DNA from: a virus
Reading direction: 5' to 3' (one strand)
DNA length: 64,000 bases
IMG/VR virus record: IMGVR_UViG_3300020172_003394
Coordinates: 22,229 to 86,228 of that record
Below the pieces are notes generated by a model, which was not told the origin of the DNA, searched no databases, and saw only the letters and a program-made list of their open reading frames with translations. The first letter of the stretch is position 1, and the number at the start of each line of letters is the position of its first letter. Both the position numbers and the translations under genes were made by a program. Below are positions 55,682 to 64,000 of the stretch, in pieces.

Positions 55682-56043
55682 TGGAAACTGTAGCGAAATT
55701 TTTGTCTACACTATTCAATAGTCGTGACCAAGCACATATCTTCCATCTCCAAACATCATCGTATGCTGCTCACAAGGCATTAAATTCATATTATGATGAT
55801 ATAGTAGATTTAATAGATAGTTACGCAGAAACTTGCCAAGGTCGTTATGGAATTATCCGTGGTTACACTCCACAACGTCAATACTTCGAAGGTGATGAAA
55901 CTGTGAAATACTTTACTGGATTATCAACCTATATTGACAGCGTTAGAAGTTCATTACCACAAGATAGTGATCTCAATAATGTTGTGGATGAAATATCGGC
56001 ATTGGTTAATTCGACAATTTACAAGTTGAAGTTCTTAAAGTAA
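55681..56043 (+). CDS. ferritin/Dps-like four-helix protein
   Basis: QAHIFHLQT.SYAAHKAL..YYD...D...E..QGRYG. Confidence 0.7.
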   Translation: METVAKFLSTLFNSRDQAHIFHLQTSSYAAHKALNSYYDDIVDLIDSYAETCQGRYGIIRGYTPQRQYFEGDETVKYFTGLSTYIDSVRSSLPQDSDLNNVVDEISALVNSTIYKLKFLK

Positions 56044-56369
56044 TGAAATTACAAGATATTTTAGTTGAACTTACCGAAGAAATTTTGGATGAGAAGTATA
56101 AGCCAAAAGGTGAATTGGGTAAGTGGTTGAAGCAAAAATGGGTGGATATTTCTAGAAAAGATCCAAAAACTGGAAAGCATCCACCGTGTGGTGCTTCGGC
56201 AGGAAAGAAAGAACGTAAAGGTGGTTCAGCCAAATATCCAAAATGTAGACCAGCTCGCTCCGCTGCAGCAATGAGTAAAGGAGAAAAGCGGTCAGCAGTA
56301 ACTAGAAAGAGAAAAGCAGGAAATCCAGGTGGAAAACCAACAATGGTTTCTACCTTTAAAAAGAAATAA
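56043..56369 (+). CDS. putative internal head protein (basic)
   Basis: MKLQDILVE; LGKWLKQKWVDIS; YPKCRP. Confidence 0.7.
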   Translation: MKLQDILVELTEEILDEKYKPKGELGKWLKQKWVDISRKDPKTGKHPPCGASAGKKERKGGSAKYPKCRPARSAAAMSKGEKRSAVTRKRKAGNPGGKPTMVSTFKKK

Positions 56370-56392
56370 AACTCTTGACTTTGAGAGCAACA

Positions 56393-56947
56393 ATGATTAG
56401 ATTAACTGATCTTCTATGCGAAGATTGCTGGGACGGATACAAGCAAGTTGGTATGAAGGAAAAGAACGGTAAGATGGTTCCCAACTGCGTTCCAGTAGAA
56501 GAACTTTATCATCGTCCAGAAAGTGATGTTACATCGGATAGTGATTTCAAGCCAGACCAAGATAATAAGCGTGACCAATTTGGTTCTGAATCGGCTGATG
56601 AACTAACCGAAGGTGAATTCTGTAATGAATGTCTTATAGAAGTTCTTGAAGAATTACACGAAAACCAACTTGGTGAAGCAGAATATCGTGGTCGTAAAGT
56701 TTCTCTCGGTAAGATTATGAGAGGTGATGTTAAAAAATTTAAAGTGTTTGTTCGTGACCCAAAGAGTGGAAACATTAAGAAAGTAAATTTCGGTCATGGT
56801 GGAACTTCGGCAAAACGCCGCGGTGAAAAGACTATGAAAATTAAAAAAAATATCCCTTCTCGTCGTAAGTCGTTCCGTGCAAGACATAATTGTGATAACC
56901 CAGGTCCAAGAACAAAAGCTCGTTACTGGGCATGTCGTACCTGGTAA
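56393..56947 (+). CDS. putative internal head protein (two basic modules)
   Basis: MIRLTDLLCE; CWDGYKQVG...PNCVP; RKSFRARHNC. Confidence 0.75.
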   Translation: MIRLTDLLCEDCWDGYKQVGMKEKNGKMVPNCVPVEELYHRPESDVTSDSDFKPDQDNKRDQFGSESADELTEGEFCNECLIEVLEELHENQLGEAEYRGRKVSLGKIMRGDVKKFKVFVRDPKSGNIKKVNFGHGGTSAKRRGEKTMKIKKNIPSRRKSFRARHNCDNPGPRTKARYWACRTW

Positions 56948-56948
56948 T

Positions 56949-57272
56949 ATGAAAAAGAAAATTTCACGAGAACAATCTGATAAGATATTAGATAAAATGG
57001 GTTATAAGTTTAATCCAACAGAATTCTTCTTAGGAATGAATGTTGAGTTAGAACATCAAGATGTGACCAACGGAAATGTGGTTAAGACTGCAAAAATCGC
57101 AGCAGCACATCTGAATGAAAATCCAAAGTATTATTCGTTATTAATGAAGCATGTTGAGAAGCCAAAGAAAGAACAATTAGTTGGACCTGGTGGGGCAATC
57201 AACGCAGCACCAAAACCACAAGATGTTAAGAAAATGCGAACAGCATTGGATAGGGAGAAGAAACATGATTAA
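56949..57272 (+). CDS. DUF5661-like phage protein
   Basis: GMNVELEH...AKIAAAHL.E.PKYY. Confidence 0.7.
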   Translation: MKKKISREQSDKILDKMGYKFNPTEFFLGMNVELEHQDVTNGNVVKTAKIAAAHLNENPKYYSLLMKHVEKPKKEQLVGPGGAINAAPKPQDVKKMRTALDREKKHD

Positions 57273-57615
57273 GCTCACAGATTTGATTTTGGAAGCAGGT
57301 AAGGAAAATCGTATTAATTCAATGCGTTTGGTCGCATTACTTGAAAAGTTGATGCCTTCCTTAAAGGAAGCACAACAAAACCAACTTACTGAATTAACTG
57401 CACAAGTATTGGAAGGTATCACACGTGTTAATGAAATGCCATACAACTATAACACAATGTCAGAATGGCATATGACTGAATTAGCAACTGTGGTGATGCC
57501 GGTTCGTGATTTACGTAATAAGCTAACAGAATTACAAAAAAAACCAACAAAAAATATGGATGTTACAACGATTGAAATGGTCATTAAGGCAATCGATGAA
57601 TTATACATCTACTAA
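57265..57615 (+). CDS. putative internal head protein
   Basis: GGGAG RBS; MIKLTDLILE. Confidence 0.7.
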   Translation: MIKLTDLILEAGKENRINSMRLVALLEKLMPSLKEAQQNQLTELTAQVLEGITRVNEMPYNYNTMSEWHMTELATVVMPVRDLRNKLTELQKKPTKNMDVTTIEMVIKAIDELYIY

Positions 57616-57629
57616 CAAGTTGAGGGGTT

Positions 57630-59561
57630 ATGGCAGATAATAGTATATTCGGCAGACTGAAAAAACTCTTTTCCACTAACACAGTAGTTCGTAATGTTGG
57701 TGGGAAACGTTTAAAGGTAGCTGATACAGACAATATCCAATCATTTATTAACAGACGCGGTATTGATAGATACCATCGCGTCTATTCGTCTATGACTGGT
57801 GGATATGGTGCATCAGGTGGCCGATACGAAGCGGCCGCAGCATTCCAAGGATCACGATTACAATTGTTCCGTGATTATGATATGATGGATAATGACCCTA
57901 TTATCTCTTCGGTGATGGACATCTATGCCGACGAATCAACGGTAAAAGATGAATTCGGTAATATTCTTACCATTAACTCAAAAAATACACAAATTCAAGA
58001 AATTCTTCATAACTTATTCTATGATGTATTGAATATCGAATTCAATCTCTGGCCATGGGTCAGAAACATGGCAAAGTATGGGGATTTCTTTTTGTATTTG
58101 GACATCGACCCAGAATATGGTGTTGTAAATGTTCTTCCGTTGTCTGTTTATGAAACTATTCGTATCGAAGGACAAGACCCAGGCAATCCATTTTCGGTCA
58201 AGTTTAAAATTGAAAATGACTTCTTAAGTCTGGGAAAAACAGAATTTGACAATTATGAAATTGCACACTTTCGTCTATTGTCTGATACCAATTTCCTTCC
58301 ATATGGAAAGGCAATGATAGAAGGTGGTCGTCGTGTCTGGAAGCAGCTTCAATTAATGGAAGATGCGATGTTAATTCATCGTATCATGCGTGCAGCAGAT
58401 AAGCGTAAGATTCTTGTAGACATTGGTAATATCCCACCAGCAGAAATTGATACCTTTATGAATCGTATCATTGACCGTATGAAGAAGATTCCACTAGTTG
58501 ATCCAGCAACAGGTGATTATAATCTTCGTTATAATATGCAAAACATCACAGAAGATTTCTATCTTCCTGTTCGTGGTAAGGATTCTGGAACAGATATTCA
58601 AAATCTTCCTGGGTTACAATTCAACGCTATTGAAGATATCGAATACCTCCGTAACAAGTTAATGGCGGCATTCAAGGTACCAAAGGCGTTTATGGGATAC
58701 GAAGAAGACCTTAGTGGTAAGGCAACCTTGGCGGCACAAGATGTTCGTTTCGCACGTACCATAGAACGCATTCAACGTATTATGGTATCAGAATTGACAA
58801 AGATTGCAATCGTACATTTATATGTTCAAGGATTTACCGATGAAGATTTAATTGACTTTGAATTATCATTAACTAATCCGTCTATTGTTCTTGAACAAGA
58901 AAAATTGAATTTGTGGAAAGAAAAAATTGGTGTTGCAGAACAAATTACAGGAAGTAAGTTATTATCACAAGAATGGATATATCATCACATTCTTGAATTA
59001 TCCAATGATGAAATTCAAGAAGAACGTAAGAAGATACAAGAAGATGTAAAACGAATGGCAGAACTAGAACAAATGTCCCAACCACCACAACCAGGAGCAG
59101 TACCAGCAGGGGTACAACCAGGTGAAGCGCCAGTAGGTGAAGAACCAGCACCGGAAGGTGAACCGTTGAGTCAAGACCAAGAAGAGCAACAACTTGATGA
59201 TATAGACTCTATCCTAGCTTCATTAAAACCTGATGGGGAAGAAGAAAGTGAATTAGAAGGTGAACCATTACCAGATGAAGAATTGGAAGAAGGTAAAATG
59301 GGACGGCCAACAGTTGGTCAAAAGTACGGGCAAGATAGTCATCCACGAGGTCGTGACCCACTCGGACACGAAGAAAATATGGGATCGTTGACTGTAAGAA
59401 AACAACGTAATGACAAAAGAAAGTCACCACTTGCGTTAACCAAAGAAATTCAAGCGTTGATGGCAAATATAAAGAAACCAACAAAGAAAGTATTAATGGA
59501 AGAAGTAGAACCAACAGGTTCGATGTTAGACGAAAGTAATATTTTGGACATCGAAAACTAA
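57630..59561 (+). CDS. portal protein (T4 gp20-like)
   Basis: QLQLMEDAMLIHRIMRA; EDFYLPVRG...LPG; DVRFARTIERIQ. Confidence 0.95.
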   Translation: MADNSIFGRLKKLFSTNTVVRNVGGKRLKVADTDNIQSFINRRGIDRYHRVYSSMTGGYGASGGRYEAAAAFQGSRLQLFRDYDMMDNDPIISSVMDIYADESTVKDEFGNILTINSKNTQIQEILHNLFYDVLNIEFNLWPWVRNMAKYGDFFLYLDIDPEYGVVNVLPLSVYETIRIEGQDPGNPFSVKFKIENDFLSLGKTEFDNYEIAHFRLLSDTNFLPYGKAMIEGGRRVWKQLQLMEDAMLIHRIMRAADKRKILVDIGNIPPAEIDTFMNRIIDRMKKIPLVDPATGDYNLRYNMQNITEDFYLPVRGKDSGTDIQNLPGLQFNAIEDIEYLRNKLMAAFKVPKAFMGYEEDLSGKATLAAQDVRFARTIERIQRIMVSELTKIAIVHLYVQGFTDEDLIDFELSLTNPSIVLEQEKLNLWKEKIGVAEQITGSKLLSQEWIYHHILELSNDEIQEERKKIQEDVKRMAELEQMSQPPQPGAVPAGVQPGEAPVGEEPAPEGEPLSQDQEEQQLDDIDSILASLKPDGEEESELEGEPLPDEELEEGKMGRPTVGQKYGQDSHPRGRDPLGHEENMGSLTVRKQRNDKRKSPLALTKEIQALMANIKKPTKKVLMEEVEPTGSMLDESNILDIEN

Positions 59562-59618
59562 AGTCTTATTAATATTCGTTATATTTAATATATGACGGTA
59601 TATTGTCACTAAAATGGG

Positions 59619-60503
59619 ATGTTTATGAAAGCAAACGTCAAGCATAACAAAATTCGGAATACGGGCATACTATTTGAACTATTAGTCCGTAAAATAACCT
59701 CAGACACGTTGGATAACCGTAGTAATGATACTGCGGTGAAACTAATGAAAGAATATTTCAATTCGAAAACCGAACTTGGTAAAGAATTAATACTCTATCG
59801 TTCGTTTTTCAATGCACAACAACTTAGTGAAACTAAGGCATTTGAACTCCTCAACGTATTGATATCACAACGTAAGAAATTGAATGAAATAGCATTAAAT
59901 ACACAAAAATACAAGTTAATTCGTGAAATCAAAAATAACTATGATTTAAAAGAATTTTTAAATGCTCGCATTCCGTCCTACAAAGTTTATGCTTCTGTAT
60001 ATAAAGTATTTGACAGTGTAGTGAACGAAATCCAAGATTTCAATGAAATTGAAGGTATGGTTGAAGCAAAGTTTACCATCGTCGAACATTTAAGTGGCAA
60101 AATGATTAGTAAGGAAATTAAAAACGATACCGTACTATATGAAACTGTGAAGGGTCAAGAAGAAGATTTACGTTTATTGACCTACAAGATTTTGATGGAA
60201 AAATTCAACCAAAAGTATGTTGGATTAAACGATCGTCAAAAAGACCTTCTTCGTGAATATATTTATAATGTGTCGAACTCAGTAGCACTCCGTACTTATG
60301 CAACAAATATGGCAAAAGAACTCGTTAAAGAAATTAAATTAAAATTACCACGGTTAGATAATAAAATAACCAAAATTAAATTGGCAGAAGTTGTTGTGCA
60401 ATTAGAAAAAATCAAAACTGTGCAAATCGTGAAAGAAAATCATATGACTGCACTTCTCATTGCCTTGGAAATTACCAAGACATTAGACACTTTAAAGAGT
60501 TAA
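59619..60503 (+). CDS. head-module protein
   Basis: KHNKIRNTGILFELLVR; lies between portal and protease. Confidence 0.75.
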   Translation: MFMKANVKHNKIRNTGILFELLVRKITSDTLDNRSNDTAVKLMKEYFNSKTELGKELILYRSFFNAQQLSETKAFELLNVLISQRKKLNEIALNTQKYKLIREIKNNYDLKEFLNARIPSYKVYASVYKVFDSVVNEIQDFNEIEGMVEAKFTIVEHLSGKMISKEIKNDTVLYETVKGQEEDLRLLTYKILMEKFNQKYVGLNDRQKDLLREYIYNVSNSVALRTYATNMAKELVKEIKLKLPRLDNKITKIKLAEVVVQLEKIKTVQIVKENHMTALLIALEITKTLDTLKS

Positions 60504-60506
60504 TTT

Positions 60507-61004
60507 ATGGACAAGAAGGAAGCACTTCGTAAGGCAATACGTGAATTAATCAAAAAAGAACTTGATGAAATGACCACAACGGGAAATGTAGCTGGATATC
60601 TTACTCCATACGCATTTCGTGGTAACAAGTCTGGCGCAAAAGATAGAGTTAAAAATATTGCAACGACAAGCACTGGATTCGAATTAACTCCAAAAGGCAA
60701 GAAACAATTTGACGAACCCGCAGACAAAATGGAAATTGTCAAGAAAAAATTGTCCGAAAACAAATATTACGAATATAAGAATGATCCTACAAAGTCTCCA
60801 CATCAAAAAATTGCAGAAGCAATTTCGCAACTTAATAAAAATTTAGAAGAAGTTGAAAAGATGATTCGGATGAACGCACGTTTAAAGACAGAATCAGGAA
60901 TAGCAGGTGAACAATTATGGAAGCGTACCCAAAAGGGAATGTTAAAACTCGAAGCAAGACTTCTTGGTTTGGCAACACGTATCCGTGAAATTCGTGGACA
61001 ATAA
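60507..61004 (+). CDS. putative head protein
   Basis: IRELIKKELDEMTTTGNVAGY.TPYAF. Confidence 0.7.
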   Translation: MDKKEALRKAIRELIKKELDEMTTTGNVAGYLTPYAFRGNKSGAKDRVKNIATTSTGFELTPKGKKQFDEPADKMEIVKKKLSENKYYEYKNDPTKSPHQKIAEAISQLNKNLEEVEKMIRMNARLKTESGIAGEQLWKRTQKGMLKLEARLLGLATRIREIRGQ

Positions 61005-61005
61005 T

Positions 61006-61593
61006 ATGCAAACACTACTCGTAGAATATAATGTTATCTCTTATGATAACGGATTGTTGATGGAAGCAGCAGACACTTCAAAACCATTAATTTTGAAGGA
61101 CGTTGTGTTACAACGTGCTGACCACAAGAACCAAAATGGTCGTGTCTATCCAAAAGAAATTTTAGCACGTGAGGCAATGACATACAAGAATAACTTTGTG
61201 TCGCAACGTAGAGCATTGGGTGAACTTGACCACCCAGAAAGCCCAGTTGTTAATTTAAAAAACGTCTGTTGCAATGTAACTGACTTGTGGTTTGAAGGTC
61301 AAGATGTTGTTGGTAATATAGAAATTTTATCTACCCCATCAGGAAATATTGTTCGTGAACTTATCAAAAACAATATCCGATTGGGTGTTTCATCCCGTGG
61401 TATGGGTTCTGTTAGATCAATTGGAGAAAATACTGTCGAAGTTGGTGATGACTTTGCATTGATTTGCTTTGATATCGTCAGCAATCCAAGTACTCACGGT
61501 GCATTTATCAACGAAAACCAGGGTGGACAAATAATCACCCCCTATAGTCGTATTGATACCTTGATTTACGACTTTTTAGGCGAACTAAAATAA
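61006..61593 (+). CDS. prohead protease (T4 gp21-like)
   Basis: NQNGRVYP; ALGELDHP; GVSSRGMGS; FDIVSNPS. Confidence 0.95.
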   Translation: MQTLLVEYNVISYDNGLLMEAADTSKPLILKDVVLQRADHKNQNGRVYPKEILAREAMTYKNNFVSQRRALGELDHPESPVVNLKNVCCNVTDLWFEGQDVVGNIEILSTPSGNIVRELIKNNIRLGVSSRGMGSVRSIGENTVEVGDDFALICFDIVSNPSTHGAFINENQGGQIITPYSRIDTLIYDFLGELK

Positions 61594-61603
61594 GGAGTTT
61601 TTT

Positions 61604-61897
61604 ATGACAACAGTTTTGGTAGTATTGTTCGTGTTAGCAGTTGCAATCTATTTTCTTAACCTTAAAGCAATGGCAGCACCATCACCTTTGTTAAAGGCAA
61701 CCAAGAAGGTTGAAGCAACTATTGTTAAGGCAGTTGATGTTAATGGTGACGGTAAAATTGATTTGGCCGACGCGGTTGCGGTAGTCAAAGCAGTTGAAAA
61801 AACTGGTAAGGTAGCAGTCAAGGCAGTTGAAAAAACTGGTAAATCGGTTGTTAAGAAAGCAAAAAAAATAACAACCACAAAGAAAAAAACTAAGTAA
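61604..61897 (+). CDS. membrane-anchored basic protein with EF-hand-like loop
   Basis: N-terminal TM; DVNGDGKID; VKAVEKTGK repeated. Confidence 0.65.
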   Translation: MTTVLVVLFVLAVAIYFLNLKAMAAPSPLLKATKKVEATIVKAVDVNGDGKIDLADAVAVVKAVEKTGKVAVKAVEKTGKSVVKKAKKITTTKKKTK

Positions 61898-61902
61898 TTT
61901 AT

Positions 61903-62271
61903 ATGCGACTTAAAACTTTATTAAATGAAAACATCACAAATGAATTTGTAAAGTTTGTCGCTAAAGAGCTAGAACTTGAATCACTACCGACGAAAATCAA
62001 ATTCGTCGGTAGTGACTATTCAAAAGAAAATATGACCTTTGGAACATACAATGTTCAAACCGACGAAATTATTATTGTTAAAGGAAATCGTCATATTGCT
62101 GATGTATTAAGAACATTAGCACACGAAATGGTACATCATAAACAACGACAAGCAGGTAAGGACATGAATGGTGAAGATGGGTCGCCATTAGAAAATGAAG
62201 CAAACGCAAAGGCAGGAGAATTGATGCGTAAGTTTCGTTATATACGACCAGAATTGTATCAGGAGAGATAG
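61903..62271 (+). CDS. zincin-like metallopeptidase, putative head protein
   Basis: MRLKTLLNE; LAHEMVHHKQ (HExxH)...ENEANAKAG. Confidence 0.75.
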   Translation: MRLKTLLNENITNEFVKFVAKELELESLPTKIKFVGSDYSKENMTFGTYNVQTDEIIIVKGNRHIADVLRTLAHEMVHHKQRQAGKDMNGEDGSPLENEANAKAGELMRKFRYIRPELYQER

Positions 62272-62272
62272 G

Positions 62273-62755
62273 ATGCCATCAGTCAGTAAAGCACAACAAA
62301 AACTTTTTGGAATTGTACACGCAATCCAAACAGGAAAAGCAAAGGCCAGTGATTTTAGTCCCGCGGCTCGTAAATTAGCAAAAACTATGGCAAAGGGTAG
62401 TGTGACGAAATACGCATCTACTCCATCCAAACATTTACCAAATAAAAAGGATGAAGTTGCAGGAGCAATTCCTGCATCAGACATGCCCGTTGCATCGGAT
62501 GATATGACACCAACTGTATCAAATGACCCTACATATGTTTCGTTTGATGAGAATTATAGTGAAAAACAAAGTCAAATACTGAGCATTGTAAAAGATAAGA
62601 AACCAGCAGAAATTGACGGAACGTTGGTAGATATCTACACCGCAGCGTTACTAACTAAGGTATTACACAAATTAGCACCCGAAAACCGTAAGAAAATGTT
62701 AGCTCTTCCTATGGAAAAAATGGTGGCCGCCGCATATAAGTTAGTAACCCGATAA
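62273..62755 (+). CDS. DUF3008-like phage protein
   Basis: MPSVSKAQQKLFG.V.A...G. Confidence 0.65.
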   Translation: MPSVSKAQQKLFGIVHAIQTGKAKASDFSPAARKLAKTMAKGSVTKYASTPSKHLPNKKDEVAGAIPASDMPVASDDMTPTVSNDPTYVSFDENYSEKQSQILSIVKDKKPAEIDGTLVDIYTAALLTKVLHKLAPENRKKMLALPMEKMVAAAYKLVTR

Positions 62756-62756
62756 T

Positions 62757-63440
62757 ATGGGTAAAACTGCATATATTACTGATTTTGACGATACCTTGGT
62801 GCATACTGACGCTAGGGTTGCTGTTATTGATAAAGACAGAAAGCGCAGAACCATTTCTCCAGCGGAATACGCTTCATACGAAAAACAAGACGGTGATACC
62901 TTTGATTTTTCCGAATTCGAACAATTAAAAAATCCTCGTCCTATCAAAAAATATGTGGATTTGTTAAAAAAGGTAATTGACCAAAAGAAAGCAGACAAAA
63001 TTGTGGTATTAACCGCACGTGGTCACACCAAACCTATCGCAAAATTTCTGCAATCCCAAGGAATTACTTCGAGTGTAGCTATTGCGGCATTGGGGAACAG
63101 TGATCCGATGGAAAAGGCACGATACATAGAAAAACATATCAAAGACGGATATACTCGTATCGCATTTGTAGATGATGCACCCAAGAATGTTAAAGCAGTA
63201 AAATCATTAACTGACAAATATCCAGAAGTAAAGCTGGTGGTACAACAAGTCAAAGAAAAAGATATTGAAAAAACTGGTGAAACATCACCCAAACAAACCA
63301 GATTAAAAGATTTATTAACACATAAGATTAAAAATCCACAAACTGGTAGAGAAATTCTTGTTAAGAGTGCATTAGGGTATAATAAAGAATCTCCAGTACG
63401 AAGAGCAGCAATAAATTATATCTCAAAAAATGTAAAATAA
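62757..63440 (+). CDS. HAD-superfamily phosphatase
   Basis: DFDDTL; LTAR; K; FVDD. Confidence 0.8.
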   Translation: MGKTAYITDFDDTLVHTDARVAVIDKDRKRRTISPAEYASYEKQDGDTFDFSEFEQLKNPRPIKKYVDLLKKVIDQKKADKIVVLTARGHTKPIAKFLQSQGITSSVAIAALGNSDPMEKARYIEKHIKDGYTRIAFVDDAPKNVKAVKSLTDKYPEVKLVVQQVKEKDIEKTGETSPKQTRLKDLLTHKIKNPQTGREILVKSALGYNKESPVRRAAINYISKNVK

Positions 63441-63449
63441 GGAGGTTGT

Positions 63450-63668
63450 ATGTACGTTGAGGTAAGAGGAGATAGTAAGGGTGACTTGGATAGAGCACTC
63501 CGCCAGTTCTCCAAAATGGTTAAGAAGGCAGAAATAATAAACGAAGTGAAACGCCGTGAGTTTTATGTCAAACGGTCAAAGAAAAAGATACTTAAACAAC
63601 AAGAAGCTCTTCGTCGTAGAATCAGAGAGAAAAAGAAAGTAGAAAAGAAAAATAACTCTGAGTGGTAA
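63450..63668 (+). CDS. rpsU: 30S ribosomal protein bS21
   Basis: LDRALRQFSKMVKKAEIINEVKRREFYVKRS; AGGAGG RBS. Confidence 0.85.
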   Translation: MYVEVRGDSKGDLDRALRQFSKMVKKAEIINEVKRREFYVKRSKKKILKQQEALRRRIREKKKVEKKNNSEW

Positions 63669-63797
63669 AAAATAGTGTTTTTTGTAAAGTGACTAATATA
63701 TATTATATAGATTACACCTCTTTTGGGGTGTCTATGCTTTTGTATTTATAACCATATAATAGTTCGAATAACTATTGAAATTAATGAGAGGCACGAT

Positions 63798-64000
63798 ATG
63801 GCAGAAATTACGAACGAACTTTTAAAGCAAGCAATTGCAGATGCAGACGCTGTACGAGATATGGCAATTGCAAACGCAAAGCTCGCATTGGAAGAAACAT
63901 TCACACCCCAAATCAAGTCCATGCTTGCAAAGCGTTTACGCGCTGAAGCAATGGAAGCAACAGAAGGTGCAGAAAAGGCAAAGGAAGAACCATTCCAAGA
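63798..64000 (+). CDS. prohead core/scaffold-like protein (runs off window)
   Basis: LLKQAIADADAVR..AIANAKLALEETF.P; follows protease and bS21; upstream hairpin 63708-63734. Confidence 0.65.
   Translation, partial: MAEITNELLKQAIADADAVRDMAIANAKLALEETFTPQIKSMLAKRLRAEAMEATEGAEKAKEEPFQ

Noticed and set aside
56375-56403. TTGACT-N17-TAGATT promoter
   Set aside because: The -10 box falls inside the coding start within a late operon; probably chance
61784-61842. 26-bp direct repeat
   Set aside because: Simple in-frame duplication of VKAVEKTGK in a low-complexity tail
1-64000. Stop-codon reassignment or suppressor tRNA
   Set aside because: Long genes are intact in code 11, TAG and TGA end genes normally, and no CTA/TCA/TTA anticodon was found
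1-64000. CRISPR array, introns or inteins in terminase, portal or primase
   Set aside because: No regularly spaced repeats seen; core genes are uninterrupted and of ordinary length

Overview
This is a segment of a large T4-like (myovirus-type) phage genome using the standard genetic code, with nearly all genes on the + strand. From 1 to ~15.4 kb is an accessory/translation island with 31 tRNA genes covering all 20 amino acids, none with an encoded CCA. Several tRNAs are atypical: Ser(ACT), Ile(TAT), long-variable-arm Cys(GCA) and Thr(GGT), and a His and an extra Gly with non-canonical D/T loops. Between the tRNAs are six structured non-tRNA RNA candidates, sigma70-type promoters and accessory genes (HNH, sulfotransferases, HD protein, Ig-like lipoprotein, 2OG-Fe oxygenase, speD, PspC, methyltransferase, Hsp20, a metallothionein-like peptide and two tiny basic peptides). 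From ~16.5 to 20.6 kb lie uvsE, a glycosyltransferase, IMPDH/GMPR, a lysozyme-like protein and a gp55-like late sigma factor. Baseplate/tail genes occupy ~20.7-41.8 kb, followed at ~41.9-46.3 kb by a resolvase, a primase and a fused SbcD-SbcC. The late/head module (~46.4-64 kb) holds a ligase/HIGH-NTase multidomain protein, terminase, many small proteins sharing an N-terminal L-x-x-L-L-x-E motif, portal, prohead protease, ribosomal protein bS21 and the start of a scaffold gene. Late genes are preceded by a TATTTATA motif, sometimes inside hairpins. All calls come from reading motifs by eye; no database searches were run.
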